Origin: Mobula hypostoma
Taxonomy: Eukaryota
NCBI RefSeq assembly: GCF_963921235.1
Contig: NC_086097.1
Span: 82,152,001-82,216,000 of the forward strand
Direction: 5' to 3'
Length of the DNA: 64,000 nucleotides
Below, piece after piece: positions 26,181 through 39,198 of the stretch; positions within the stretch are counted from its first letter, which is position 1, and each line of letters begins with the position of its first letter. Below the pieces are notes generated by a model. It was not told where the DNA came from, searched no databases, and saw only the letters and a program-made list of their open reading frames with translations. The position numbers were made by a program, and so were the translations under genes.

Positions 26181-27299
26181 AAAATCACCACTTATTGAAA
26201 AAAAGTCAAGAATTATGCAGATAATACTACAATAACTCAAGTTTTGTGACCCAACTTTAGCTACACTTAACTAAACTGTACAGAAAGAATCTAACTACAA
26301 TTTTCAACAGCATGTCAATGTCTCACAAGTCATCGTCATCATCTTCAAGCAGAAATATCACTGGTCCAGTCACATAAACACTGCAACTCCTAACGAAAGG
26401 GATAGTTTTGTGTATTCTTCTGCAAGGCTTCCCCGCTCCAACCCACCCAAAACTTCCCAAGGCCTTTCCAATACCTCCAGTGATAATGTGAAGAGTATGA
26501 TGGAATCCGTTCCACCTACACATTGAGAACAGCACACAAGAGAAAGTTCAGAAAAATCTACAATAAAACTACCCATTCAGTGCTAGTTTGAAGACCACCT
26601 TTAAGTTTCATTCTCACCACTGCCAGCTCAGAATGGATGCAGTGGTCATTGCAATAGTCAAGGCTTCTTCACTCACACAACAAATTCTCTCATCCAGAAG
26701 GAAAACAAACGCCAGCAGACACTTAGGGGCAAAACTCACTGCAAGGCACACACGGCCCTGGAATACTGCACAGTTAGTTAATAGTCATAAGAATTTACCA
26801 ATGCCCCACAAACCTGAACCAACCTTAAAGCCAATCCCAACCTCACTACCCTTCAGCATTGAAGGTGTAACATTATACGACAGCAGCGGTTAACTACCTA
26901 TCCCCTCTCCCAGTACTGGCTGGACGAAAATTGCTGGCTTTGCCGTCGACGCCTGCAACCCACAAGTAGAATGGCAAACTTCCCAAGTCTTCAAAGACTG
27001 GCATTGAATGGGCTTTCCAGTTCTCCACCTTCTCTATTAACGCTGCCAAACATTCCGCACAGCTCCGTTCTATCCACATGCAACACGCACCGAAATGTTC
27101 CCTGGCTGTTACAAAGAAAATCACAACCACCTAAACCCGCATTCATTTATTTTGTATTAAGTTTAATATATCTCGCAACATCTAAAAAAAAGTGAAGTGT
27201 GTTTCTTACGGAGAATTCGCCAAGTATACTATTAAACTTTGCACATAAAAACAAATTTTTGAACTGTTGCGCTTCAACTAGGTTAGAAGATATACACGA

Positions 27300-27800
27300 G
27301 TGAAAGCAAAATTGATACCTTCTGGGAACTGTAGTCTATTTGCTATAGACAGAGAACCTCCGAACATAACCAGAACTACAGCTCCCAGCAAGGTACACGG
27401 CGCGGCCTACGCCCATCCTGGCACCCATATCTCCTCACCTGCTCGACTGAAGTTACTGTTACCACATTTTCGTCGTTAAATTTTTCTTTGAAGTGATCCT
27501 CACAGAAGCACCTCAGTGGCGTAGTTCCCTCCGCCATGACAATAAAAGCAGTGTAACCCTACTAGTGCCACCCTCTCTATTTCTCCGCTCAAACTCGATT
27601 CAACATGACTTCCAATCACCGGTAAATCCGACCGGAGCCCAGAAGGGACAAACCTTCGCTCTGCAACGCCCAAACGCGTTGTACGTCTCCGGAGATTGAC
27701 GAGTCCCAATCTTCCGCTGCAAGTCTCCGCTTTTTGTCGGCTTTTGCCTTCTTAACCCAGGATTCGTGAAATGATCATTCCTTTCCGTACGACTATTTGA
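27300..27800. promoter_or_regulatory. CpG-rich promoter-like island with ZNF143/ACTACA, CCAAT and ETS motifs
   Basis: Unique (non-repeat) CpG-retaining stretch. GACTACAGTTCCCAGAAGG on minus at ~27318-27336, AACTACAGCTCCCAGCAAGG on plus at 27374-27393, CCAAT at ~27612 and ~27706, GCGGAAG on minus at ~27711-27717. Confidence 0.75.
27439..27537 (-). CDS. Candidate first coding exon of an unidentified host gene (MAEGTTPLRCFCEDHFKEKFNDENVVTVTSVEQ, phase 0)
   Basis: gtcATGG start context with an upstream in-frame TAG, 33 open codons, then a CAG|GTGAGG donor, all within the CpG island. No protein family recognised. Confidence 0.5.
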
Positions 27801-27957
27801 AAAGAGCAGAAACTTATAAATTTCCCCATCGAAGCATTGTTTTTCTATTCCTATAGAAATAGATAAAGTATAATTTCTTTACGATTTAACTGTTTTTAAA
27901 GGTACCTGAGAGTAGCAGTAGGACATCTGGCCCGTTCAACTGTCCCGCTCTTCATTA

Positions 27958-28158
27958 AAGCAACACACACAGAATACTGGAGGAACTCAACAGGCCAGGC
28001 AACATCTATGGAAAAGAGTAAAAGAGTTTCGGCGCTGAAGGGACTCCGCCCGAAAGCTCGACTGTACTCTTTTCCATAGATGCTGCCAGGCTTGCTGAGT
28101 TCCTTCAGCATTTTGTGTGTGTTGCTTGGATTTCCAGTATCTGCAGATTTTCTCTTGT
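27958..28158. repeat. PLE-end foldback mini-element
   Basis: gcaacacacacagaatactggaggaactc..catctatggaaaagagta is inverted against tactcttttccatagatg..gagttccttcagcattttgtgtgtgttgc; the centre is a hammerhead remnant. Confidence 0.7.
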
Positions 28159-28191
28159 TTACAAAGACAGGTAAGTCCTTTTTGAATGTGA

Positions 28192-30895
28192 ACAATAGGC
28201 AATAGACAATAGGTGCAGGAGTAGGCTATTCGGCCCTTCGAGCCAGCACCACCATTCGCTATGATCATGGCTGATCATCCGTAATCAGTACCCTGTTCCT
28301 GCCTTCTCCCCATATCCCTTGACTCCGCTATCTTTAAGAGCTCTATCTAACTCTTTCTTGAAAGGATCCAGAGAATTGGCCTCCACGGCCTTCTGAAGCA
28401 GAACATTCCACAGATCCACAACCCTCTGTGTGAAAAAGTTTTTCCTCAACTCCATTCTAAATGGTCTACCCCTTATTCTTAAACTGTGGCCTCTGGTTCT
28501 GGACTCCCCCAACATCAGGAGCATGTTTCCTGCCTCTAGCATGTCCAATTCCCTAATAATCTTATATGTTTCAATCAGATCCCCTCTCACCCTTCTAAAT
28601 TCCAGTGTATACAAGATCAGTCGCTCCAATCTTTCAACATATGACATTCCTGCCATCCCTGGAATTAACTCAGTGAACCTGCGCTGCACTCCCTCCATAG
28701 CAAGAATGTCCTTCCTCAAATTTGGAGACCAAAACTTGCACACAATACTCCAGGTGGGGTCTCACCAGGGCCTTGTACAACTGCACAAGGACCTCTTTGC
28801 TCCTATACTCAACTCCCCTTGTTATGAAGGCCATCATGCCATTAGCTTTCTTCACTGCCTGCTGTACCTGTATGCTTACTTTCAGTGACTGATGAACAAG
28901 GACACCCAGACCTCATTGTACTTCCCCTTTTTCTAACTTGACACCAGTCAGATAGTAATCTGCCTTCCTGTTCTTGCCACCAAAGTGGATAACTTCCCAT
29001 GCATCTGCCCACTCACCCAACCTATCTAAGTCACCCTGTATTCTCATAACATCCTCCTCACATTTCACATTGTCACCCAGCTTTGTGTCATCTGCAAATT
29101 TGCTAATGTTACTTTTAATCCCTTCATCTAAATCATTAATGTATATTGTAAATAGCTGCAGTCCCAGCACCAAGCCTTGCGGTACCCCACTAGTCACTGC
29201 CTGCCATTCTGAAAAGGATCCGTTAATCTCTGCTCTTTGTTTCCTGTCTGCCAACCAATTTTCTATCCAAGTCAGTACCCTACCCCCAATACCATGTGCT
29301 CTAATTTTGCCCACTAACCTCCTATGTGGGACCTTATCAAAGGCTTTCTGAAAGTCCAGGTACACTACATCCACTGGCTTTTCCATGTCCATTTTCATAG
29401 TTACATTCTCAAAAAATTCCAGAAGATTAGTCAAGCATGATTTCCCCTTCGTAAATCCATGCTGACTCGGACCTATCCTGCTACTGCTATCCAAATATGC
29501 TGCTACTTCATCTTTTATTATTGACTCCAGCATCTTCCCCACCACTGATGTCAGACTAACTGGTCTATAATTACCTGTTTTCTCTCTCCCTCCCTTCTTA
29601 AAAAGGGAGATAACATTAGCTACCCTCCAATCCACAGGAACTGATCCTGAATCTATAGAACATTGGAAAATGATTATCAATGCATCCACGATTTCTAGAG
29701 CCACCTCCTTAAGTACCCTGGGATGCAGACCATCAGGCCCTGGGGATTTATCACCCTTCAGTCCCATCAGTTTACCCAACACCATTTTCTGCCAAATGCG
29801 AATTTCCTTCAGTTCCTCTGTTACCCCAAGTCCTCTGGCCACTATTACATCTGGGAGATTGTGTCTTCCCTAGTGAAGACAGATCCAAAGTACCTGTTCA
29901 ACTCATCTGCCATTTCCTTGTTCCCCATAATAATTTCACCCGTTTCTGTCTTCAAGGGCCCAACTTTGGTCTTAACTAATTTTTTCCTCTTCACATACCT
30001 AAAGAAGCTTTTACTATCCTCCTTTATATTCTTGGCTAGCTTACCTTCATAGCTCATCTTTTCCCTCCATATTGCCTTTTTAGTTATCTTCCGTTGCTCC
30101 TTAAAATTCTCCCAATCCTCTGGCTTCCCACTCATCCTTGCTATGTTATACTTCCTCTCTTTTATTTTTATACTGTCCTTGACTTCCCTTGTCATCCATG
30201 GTCGCCCCTTACTCCCCTTAGAATCTTTCTTCCTCGTTGGAATGAACTGATCCTGCACCTTCTGTATTATTCCCAGAAATACCTGCCATTGTTGTTCCAC
30301 TGTCATCCCTGCTAGGGTATCTTTCCAGTCAATTTTGGCCAGCTCCTCCCTCATGGGTCCATAGTCCCCTTTGTTCAACTGTAATACTGACACTTCTGAT
30401 TTTCCCTTCTCCCTCGCAAATTCTAGATTAAAACTTATTATGATCACTACCTCCTAATGACTCCTTTACCTCGAGTTCCCTTATCATATCTGGCTCATTA
30501 CACAACACCAAATCCAGAATTGCCTTCTCCCTGGTAGGCTCTAATACAAGCTGCTCTAAGAATCCATCTCTGAGGCTCTCCACAAACTCCCTTTCTTGGG
30601 GTCCAGTACCAAGCTGATTTTTCCAGTCTACCCGCATGTTGAAATCCCCCATAACAACCATTGTATTACCTTTGCGACATGCCAATTTTAATTCTCGATT
30701 TAACTTGCACCCTATATCCAGGCTACTGTTTGGGGGCCTGTAGATAACTCCCATTAGGGTCTTTTTGCCCTTGCAGTTTCTCAGTTCTATCCATACTGAC
30801 TCTACATCTCCTGATTCTTTGTACCCCCTCGCAAGTGACTGAATTTCATTCTTCACCAACAGAGCCACCCCACCCCCTCTGCCAACCTGTCTGTC
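28192..30895 (-). mobile_element. 5'-truncated CR1 LINE (partial APE + RT)
   Basis: ORFs 30428-30868, 29845-30447, 28913-29842, 28670-28855 and 28285-28743 are colinear with CR1 ORF2; caatag-repeat tail. Confidence 0.93.
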
Positions 30896-31959
30896 CTAAA
30901 CACTTCCTGATGTCTCGCCATTTAAAAAAAATACTGCTTTTCTTTGTTGTCTGCATTGAAGTGAATTGCCTCACATTTTTTCGACATTATATTCTACTTT
31001 CATATTCTTGCCCATACTCATCTTGTCTCCATTTCCATCAAGTCTTTTTGCATCCACTGTATCATAAAACAGCATATAGTTGAGTATCAACAAACATGAA
31101 AGCTTGACAGTGGGTCCCCCAATCAGCTGATTGATATAAATTACAAAAAGCCATGCCTAACTAGCTGTCGTTGTGGTACCGTTTGCCATCCCGAGAAAGA
31201 TCTTTAGATTACATAACTTTCCCAACTACAGATATTAGGTTGACAGATGAGCAGTTCCCTGTTAACACTATCCCTCATTTCTTAGAGTGGGCTTATATTT
31301 GCTGCCTTCCAATCTGCAAGAACAATTCCTATCAGGTGACAACAAATTATATCCGCTAGCCTAACAGACATCATCCAAAACTCTGTTGTGTAGATTATTA
31401 GCTTCTGCAGATTGGTCAGCTTTCAGGCACCAAGTTCACTTGTGTTTTTTTATACCAAACCTTGTTTCAGTTCCCCATTCTTGCTGGACACTTGGTTTGT
31501 ATTTTTTGGCAAGTTTCTTTTGCGTCTCCTGCGATTTTTTTTTTAGATTTCTCTATTTTGTTATTCTTTATTATGTATTTACAGTCTCCATGTGTAAGGA
31601 ATTGACATCTACCCTTGCAAATGATTTTACTTTCTGAAATGTAGAAGCTCTTGCAGTTCATATTTTTAAATTTTTTGGCAGTTTACTCATGGTATTACCT
31701 CTATTTCATTATTATTTTCTCTTATTTTATGAGATGTAACATGCTTGCAATCCTCAGGAATATTGTCTTTTCTGGCAACTTTATAAGTTCCTATAATTTA
31801 ATTCTATCATTAAGCTCTTCTCTAAGCTGTAGCTGGGCTACTTTTCTGCCATAATGAGTATTTGGCAAAGAAAGATCCACTACTTTATTTCTTTAAATTC
31901 TGTCCATCGTCTGTTCACCATTATACTTTTCAAATACACTCCCAGTTTTATAAAAATAC

Positions 31960-33370
31960 AGTCGTAGATGAGTGTGTCCCCATAGTATCATTCAGAGTCT
32001 TCCGATTCAGAAGCCCTGGATGAACCATGAGATCCGCAATCTGCTGAGGGCCAGATCAGTGGCAGTCAGGTCTTTCGACCTAATTAAATACAAGAGGTCC
32101 AGGTGTGATCTCTTGAAAGGTATCTCACGTGTGAAGTGACAATTCCAGACTAAACTTGAATCACTGAAGGATGTTTGATGTCTGTGGTAGTGGTTGATTG
32201 CCATCACCTCCTACAAAGGGAAACCAAGCAATGTATCTGACAAGGCTTCTCTCCCGGATGAGCTCAATGCCTTTTTGCCCACTGCGACCATCAAACCATA
32301 GAGGCACCTTCACGAATTCCCACAGCCCTCGATGACCCTGGTGATTTCAGTCTCTGAGACCGATGTGAGAACATCCTTCGGGAAGGTGAACCCACGGAAA
32401 GCATCGAAGCCAGACAGGGTACCTGTGCTAATTGACTGGCTGTAATGTTCACCCATATCTTTAGTCTGAGATACCCATCTGCTTCAAGCATGCTTCGATT
32501 ATACTTCTGCCGAGGAAGAATGTGGTAACCTATCTTAATGACTGTCGTCCACCAGCATTTATATCCACAGTGAAGTGGTTTGAAAGGTTGGTGATGAAAC
32601 AAATCCTGTCTGAGAAGCAACTTGGATCCTCCGATGACACCTTGATTTCATTCTTTGAGGCCACCATGACAGCATCCTTCAGGAGGGTGAATGCACGGAA
32701 AATATTTGGCCTAGATGGGTTACCTAACTCAACTGAGTACTAAAGACCTGTGATATTCAACTCGCAGGACTGTTCCCTGATATCTTTAACCTCTCACTTT
32801 GGCAGTCTGAGGTACCCACCTGCTTCAAGCAGGCTTCAGTTATACCGGTGCCTAAGAAGAGCAAGGTAACCTGTCTCAATGACTATCGTCCAGTAGCACT
32901 CACATTCACTGTGATGAAGTACTTTGAGAGGTTGATAATGAAACATATCAACTCCTGCCTGAGGAGTGTATTTTTTGTGGTTTTTTTTGTTTGATGTAAT
33001 AAATAAAAATTTAAAAAAATAAATTCCTTAAAACTTTGACAGATTTCTGTAGATGTACGGTGACTGGTGGCATCATGGCCCGGTATGGAAACACCAATGC
33101 CCTTGTCCAAAAAAGCCGACAAAAAGTAGTTGATATGACCCTCCCCATTATTAAGCACATCTACACGGAGCACTGTTGCAGAAAAGCAGCATCCATCACC
33201 AAGGATCCCCATCATCTAGGCCATGTCCTCTTCTCGTTGCTGCCATCGGGAGGAAGGTACAGGAGCCTCAGGATCCACATCACCAGGTTCAGAAATAGTT
33301 ATTACCCTTCAATCATCAGGCTCTTGAAACAGAGGGTATAACTTCACTCATCTTCACTTGTCCCATCACT
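31960..33370 (+). mobile_element. Degenerate Rex1/Babar fragments
   Basis: [28 protein letters not shown] (region present twice) and KDPHHLGHVLFSLLPSG. Confidence 0.75.
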
Positions 33371-33374
33371 GAAT

Positions 33375-33770
33375 TTGCTCATATGAAGAGCATTTGATGG
33401 CTCTGGGCCTGTATTCACTGGTATTCAGAAGAATGAGAGGTGACCCTTTTTGAATGGTGAAAGGTCTTGATAGAGTGGATGTGGACAGGATGTTTCCTAT
33501 GGTGGGAGTGTCTAAGACCAGAGGACACAGCTTTAGAATAGTGGGGTGTCCTTTTAGATTGGAGATGAGTGGGAATTTCTTTAGCGAGAGAGTGGTGAAT
33601 CTGTGGAACTTGTTGCCACAGGCAGCTGTGGAGGCCAGAACTTATGTATATGTAAGGCAGAGGTTGATAGATTCTTGATAGGTCAGGGTGCGAAGAGATA
33701 TGGGAGAAAGGCTGGAGACTGGGGCTGAGAGGAAAAATGTATCAGCCATAATGAAATGGTGGAGCAGACT
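33375..33770 (+). mobile_element. CR1 3' fragment
   Basis: KGLDRVDVDRMFP, SKTRGHS and RVVNLWN. Confidence 0.8.
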
Positions 33771-33789
33771 TTGTTTTCCATACTTTCAT

Positions 33790-35805
33790 AACCTATTAAT
33801 AATCATAATAATTTTCCAAGTCTTCCACATCTTCATCTGAACTTTCCACACTCTCTGAGGTGGATGCCTGATTCTCACAGTCTGTCAGTCTACACATGTC
33901 AGTACACCTGAGGCCATTTGCAATACACATACATCTTGGGAGTGAACATTTTTTTGGACAGTTACAGGCCAGTAGATCCAGGTCATCATTGGGTGCTGGC
34001 TGGTCTTCCATCCAGTGAACCACCAACTACTCAGCTTCCTCTTCTCTCTCTATCTTCCATCCTCTGCCAACAGGGCTTGGCACTTGTGGCTCCTTCTCCA
34101 AACATCTTCTCCATATACCAGCCTGGTAGTTGACTCGCTGTCCATGTTTTGTTAAGCAGTCCTTGCATGGTGAGAGTTGATGACTTGCGATTTCACCTTT
34201 TTTGGCACAGAAAAGGTGATACCTGAGCTCATTGACTTTGGTGGTCGATGCTTTTGGGGCATACAGGAGACATGTAAATGCCTCCAGTTTGTCCATCAGG
34301 TCTGGGGAGAGGTCCCATTCCTAACCCACCTCCAAGAATGTGTCCTGAGTTTCTCTGTTGCTGGTCAGAAGTTTTAGGGCACTTGTCTTCCCTTTGCCTG
34401 TAAAAGCACCTGCAGTGGCACGTCCTGTATATGCGTGCAACCCGATGAGAGCCCTACAAACCTCTATGCCAACAGTGGCAGCAATCTTCCTGATGTCTAC
34501 AAGCCTTGTACGGGTTCTAGTGCCACTCTTCTGGAACAATGGGGCCTCAATCTTGTCACAAAATGCTAAAGACATGATAAAGACATCTGTGTCTTCTGAG
34601 CAGATCACTACAGATTGGTATCCCTCTCTTGTGGCATGGGCAGCATGGAGAAGTAGACGGCCATCTGCTTCTTCTTGTTGACACTGAAGGGCTGACACCT
34701 CCTCACTGTCTTGAGATGTGATTCTGTAACATTTGTCATTCACAGTTGCATACAGAATCTTCTCCTGTAGATTTGCTCTGTACTCCACCTGCCTCCATTC
34801 ATGGACTATGAAGCTAATGAGACTATTTTTGTAACTGACTTTGGCCAGAAGCTCCTCCACTGCCTCACCATCTGTGTGCCTGTGATACCTTGCAACTCAT
34901 GACCAGTCTGTTCACCCCGAAGAGATCTTTCCGTATTCTTGATAGAGTTCTCCTTGTATGTGTCAAACACAACATTAATTCTGCTACTCTGACTGCCTTA
35001 CCTCAGAGCCATACCCAGAACTGTTGTGGCAACATCTCTGAAAGTAACTTGATCACCTTTCACTCTTTGGACCAAGTTCATTCCATCAACCAATGTAGCA
35101 GAGTTTCCTGGGAGTTGTTCTTCTAATGCTGCATTTTTCTGCAAGGTTGTGGCTAAAGTAACTTTATTTGTCTTTCTCAGCGATCCTTCTGGTGTGGACA
35201 GGGCCCAGGACAATGGTCCAAGGGGATGAGAATGGATATCCTCCATACGTAGACTGCGCCCTTGTGCCATCACTATAATCCGTCTAAACAAAGACCTGTC
35301 TGCTTTCAAGATGATCTCCCTCCCATTTGATTTCACTTCTTTTGTCTTACACTTATCACTGAATGTTTTCAGCTTGTTGGTTTTCATTGGGTCATGGAAT
35401 TTCTTTGCTGGTGGGTCTTCCTCTAGTCTCTCATCCTTGAAGGTTGCATAGCATTGTTCACCAATCTCATATGCCTTCATCAGGTCGAAGGCCATGTCCT
35501 TGGCGGCTGCGTTTGCCGTAGAGATGCTAATGAGGCTCTGCTTCTCTGCAAATGGGTTGACCCATTCATGTATGAGGCTAACCACTGCTGAAACTGTTTC
35601 CTCATCTTTCTGGATTCTTGGCCGCTGTAGCTCCGCATGACAAAGCTCTGATTTGTTGCCTTGCACCATCTCCCTTAACTGTCCCAGAAATGCACCGCGG
35701 TGCTCAGCTGTTATGTAGTAATGCTTGATAGCTCCAGCATCCAGGCTGAACTGTGATGTGCCTCCAGGAGTCTGTGTGTCTTTGTTCACTGTGGCTTCAA
35801 TAAAT
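33790..35805 (-). mobile_element. AcademX DNA transposon remnant (transposase C-terminal part + XPG/PIN-like nuclease + Cys8 finger)
   Basis: IEATVNKD..GG, WVNPF, FHDP, DGM, QEEADGRLLLHA, CSEDTDVF, LHAYTG, FTGKGK, and terminal CNCPKKC..RCMC..NGLRCTDMC..C. This matches the described Academ architecture. Confidence 0.78.
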
Positions 35806-37163
35806 AAGTCTTTTCTCCCTGTTCCAAAACGCAGAATTGGGCCATTGTAAGGGCGCCTAAGTGGGAGTTGGTGTGTGTCATGCCAAACGGAAAAAAACAC
35901 AGGCAGAACGTAAGTCAACAGGAACCCAAGAGTGCTGTACACCATGATGGGAGATAAGAACAGGTGCAAAGGAATTGAATTTACTGAGGAGGGTGGAACC
36001 TCTGTTGAGAGGTTGACTAGGCAGCTGTGGCATCAGGAATGAAATCACCTGACACTCACAATGGCTGCCCATATACCAACTCAGCCACGGACGACTGCAG
36101 GTCATCTTTTAGAGCTGTTCTGAGCCCCAGCAGGACCCACAGGAGATGATCATGCCAATACTCGTCGGTCGGGGGAGCCCTCAAAGCAGCCTTTAAGGAA
36201 TGGTGAAACTGCTCACATAGGACTATGGGTAATACACTGTGGTGCGATGTAGCCTAACACCAAGGTCAGAAGAAATATCAGATGGGATGCCAAACCAACC
36301 AACCAAGGCACTCATGAAGGCCTGAGTCACGTCTGTGGCCTTCGTCAATGTTAGAGGGATGACCACTAGCCACCTGATGGTACGGTCCACCATGGTAAGG
36401 TGGTGTGTGAAACTGTGGGCGGGGAGAAGAGGACCAACAAGGTCCACATTGACATTGTCAAACCATCGCTCAGGGTCCTCAAAAGGTGCCAATGATGCAA
36501 TGGGGCAAGGGCAACCGGTTGAGACTTTGCACAGGAGAGAAACCACAGCTTCCCCACAAACTTAATGCCAGCCAACCATAGGCCATGACCTCTGATTGGT
36601 AAGCCGGGACCCTGGGTCAGTAACTTAGTCAGTTGTCATGTCAGCATGGTCAACCCCTATGTGTGTGGCCTCAATAGCTGGCCATGAGAGTCAATCAGCC
36701 ACGGCATTATTTGCCCCCTGAAATGATGTATATCAGTTGTGAACTCTGATGTGTAGGCCATTTGGCATTTCTACTGTGCAGACTAAGGGTCTGGTATTTT
36801 GGCCATCGTGTGCACATGGAGTTTGTGGTCAATGAACACTGTGAAATGTGACCCATCAAGAAGAAAACGAAAATGGTGGACATCCAGGTAGAAATCGAGA
36901 AGCTCATGGTCAAACGTGCTGTCCTTCCTTTCAGAGGGAGGGAGCCGCCCACTGGAGAAGGTGAGCAGCTACCACATGCCTCCGACCCACTGTTCATGTG
37001 CAGCAGCCACATCATAGTCTGAGGTTTCCTAGTAATGGTTATGGGTGCATTGGGGAGCAGGTTCACTAGTATGGTCACGTTAGAAAGAGCTTGTTTGGTG
37101 CCATCCTATGCCCTGATCATGTCCGCTGACTTGACAGGCACGTGTTTAGGGGAATTGCCTTTA
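35805..37163 (-). mobile_element. Gypsy RNase H/integrase remnant
   Basis: NVDLVGPL..LTMVDR..RW..FGIPSDISSD (integrase core), PLRRPYNGP, and a pol linker/RNase H region similar to 56140-56400. Confidence 0.85.
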
Positions 37164-38317
37164 AGCCGGAGGCCTGGATGGAGCCACGAACCAAGATAGC
37201 AGCTTAACGTGGAGGCTCCATACAACCTTGCACTAAACGACTTTAAAACCCTATGTTAACAATACCAACTGAACTCGGACTATGTCAAAAATGACTACCT
37301 CAAGGACTGTGATACTTTCACCCGAAGATGCGGCTCCCAAAAACCGAAAATCGACACTCCGTCGACAGAGCAAGACAAGGAAGCTACTAGTTACATGGCG
37401 GAGCTAACGACGGTGCTAGCTGAACTAAAGTTACTTTGCTCTGAGTTTGGATCCAAACTGGACAGTATAGATGACCGCCTGGGTAAGATGGCCAGCTCTG
37501 TCGTTGCCTTGGAAAACAATATGTCAGAGGTCAAGCGAAATGTCGCTTCTAATACCACACGGATGGAAGAGGCTGAAAACCGAATAATGACGACAGAGCA
37601 GCACTTGGAAAAGAACAAGACTGAACTAACCAACCCCATGAAATGAATCGCCTACTTGGAATCCAAGACTGAAGACGTGGAGAATCAGAGTGGAAGGAGA
37701 AACCTGTGGTTGTTCAGCCTCTGGGAGGGCGCTGGAGGAAACCAACCACTGCTGGAGTTCGTCCAAGACATGCTGCCGCGCTGGCTGGAGCTGGACACCG
37801 ACAGTTCCTTCATTCTAGAAAGAGTCCACTGATCTCTAGCACCGCCGAAACCAAACCAGAACAGAGCGGTTCTCATTCGGTTCCTGAGATTTCCGGATTG
37901 GGAGTTTGTTTTCCACTTCACTAAACAGTATGAGGGAAACAAGCTTTTCTTCACTCAGGACTTCTCAGCTGAGACCGTGTGACAGTGAAATGAGTTCAAC
38001 GCGGTCAAAAGAGTGTTCGTCGAGAAAGGAACTGTCCGCGGATTTCAACATAATCCATGAGGGTCTTTCACAATGGGAAAATACACCTGTTTTCATCACT
38101 AAAAGAGGCGGAAGATTTCCATCGAGGACACACCTGAGGGGTCTGATTAAGGCAGTGGTGAGATTTGTTTACTCCCATACCCATGAGAATCAGCTGACTG
38201 CCTAACAGGTAGAAGCCCACACTGAGTCCCAGAAGACATCTTTTTTTTTTCTTCCTTTTTTTTTACTAGAACTGCTACTTTAGCTGCTTTTATTCTATTC
38301 TTGGAAAGATACTGTAT

Positions 38318-38672
38318 TTAACCCATACGTGCTGATTATATTCTATACCTTCACAGTATGGGGGTTAATTTTGACCCGGTCCAAGAATCCCCTCATAACA
38401 AGTGTCTATACCAAATTTTGAATCACAGTTCTATTTAGAATGTATAAATACCCTATCTGACATTAATAAATGGGTGATTAATCCTTAATTAATGTCTCAG
38501 AGATTTAATATCCATTTCAATAGATATGGGTCAAATTTGACCCGGAACAGCCTCAATGTATGTTAATCCTTAATTAACGTTTCAGAGATTTAATATCCAT
38601 TTCAATAGATATGGGTCAAATTTGACCCGGAACAGCCTCAATGTACGTTAATCCTTAATTAACGTTTCAGAG
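38318..38672. repeat. piggyBac-like MITE remnant with an 85-bp tandem duplication, in the L1 inter-ORF region
   Basis: Begins TTAA-CCC; palindrome GGGTCAAATTTGACCC occurs twice plus a degenerate copy at ~38361; repeat units start at 38478, 38563 and 38648. Confidence 0.55.
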
Positions 38673-39198
38673 TGGATCAGCACAAGCCTATAGTTTTTTG
38701 TTTTGAGTAAGGGAGGGGGAATTCAAGAGTTCAAATGTCTATATGTATAAATGTATATGTGTTTTTTGGTTTTCTTTATGTATGTCGTGCACCCAACACA
38801 GCAGTAATATTTCTTACTCCTTTTCCTGGTATAATTGACATGTACTATATACAGAACAAACGAGCACTCAGAATATCTTTAATATAAAAGTCACAAGCTA
38901 GAATGTTAAGTTAACCAAATTGAAACAGGTTATAAATAGGATCAAACAGCTTAAGTCCAAAATAATTTTTTTTCAAGAAACCCACCTGACAGTCTCAGAT
39001 ATTAAATTGGTATGGAATAGATGGTCTGGCCAAGTAATATATACAACATTCAACATCTATGCTAGAGGTGTACTTATTCTTATTCATAAAATGATACCAT
39101 TTCAAGTTATGAAAAGAATCCAAGACTCAGCCGGAAGGTATGAATATGCAAGGTAATCTCCTTTCTTTCACATTAGACCTCGTCCGTATATATGGCCC

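Noticed and set aside
33796..34026. Cys-rich ORF as a tesmin/LIN54-like host exon
   Set aside because: Colinear with the XPG-like ORFs, intronless and disrupted; fits the Academ Cys8 finger.
34998..35969. 323-aa ORF as a single gene
   Set aside because: Chimeric: the N-terminal part is Gypsy integrase tail, the rest is Academ; junction near 35805.
38478..38672. CRISPR-like palindromic repeats
   Set aside because: The spacers are identical (simple tandem duplication), the context is eukaryotic, and there are no cas genes.
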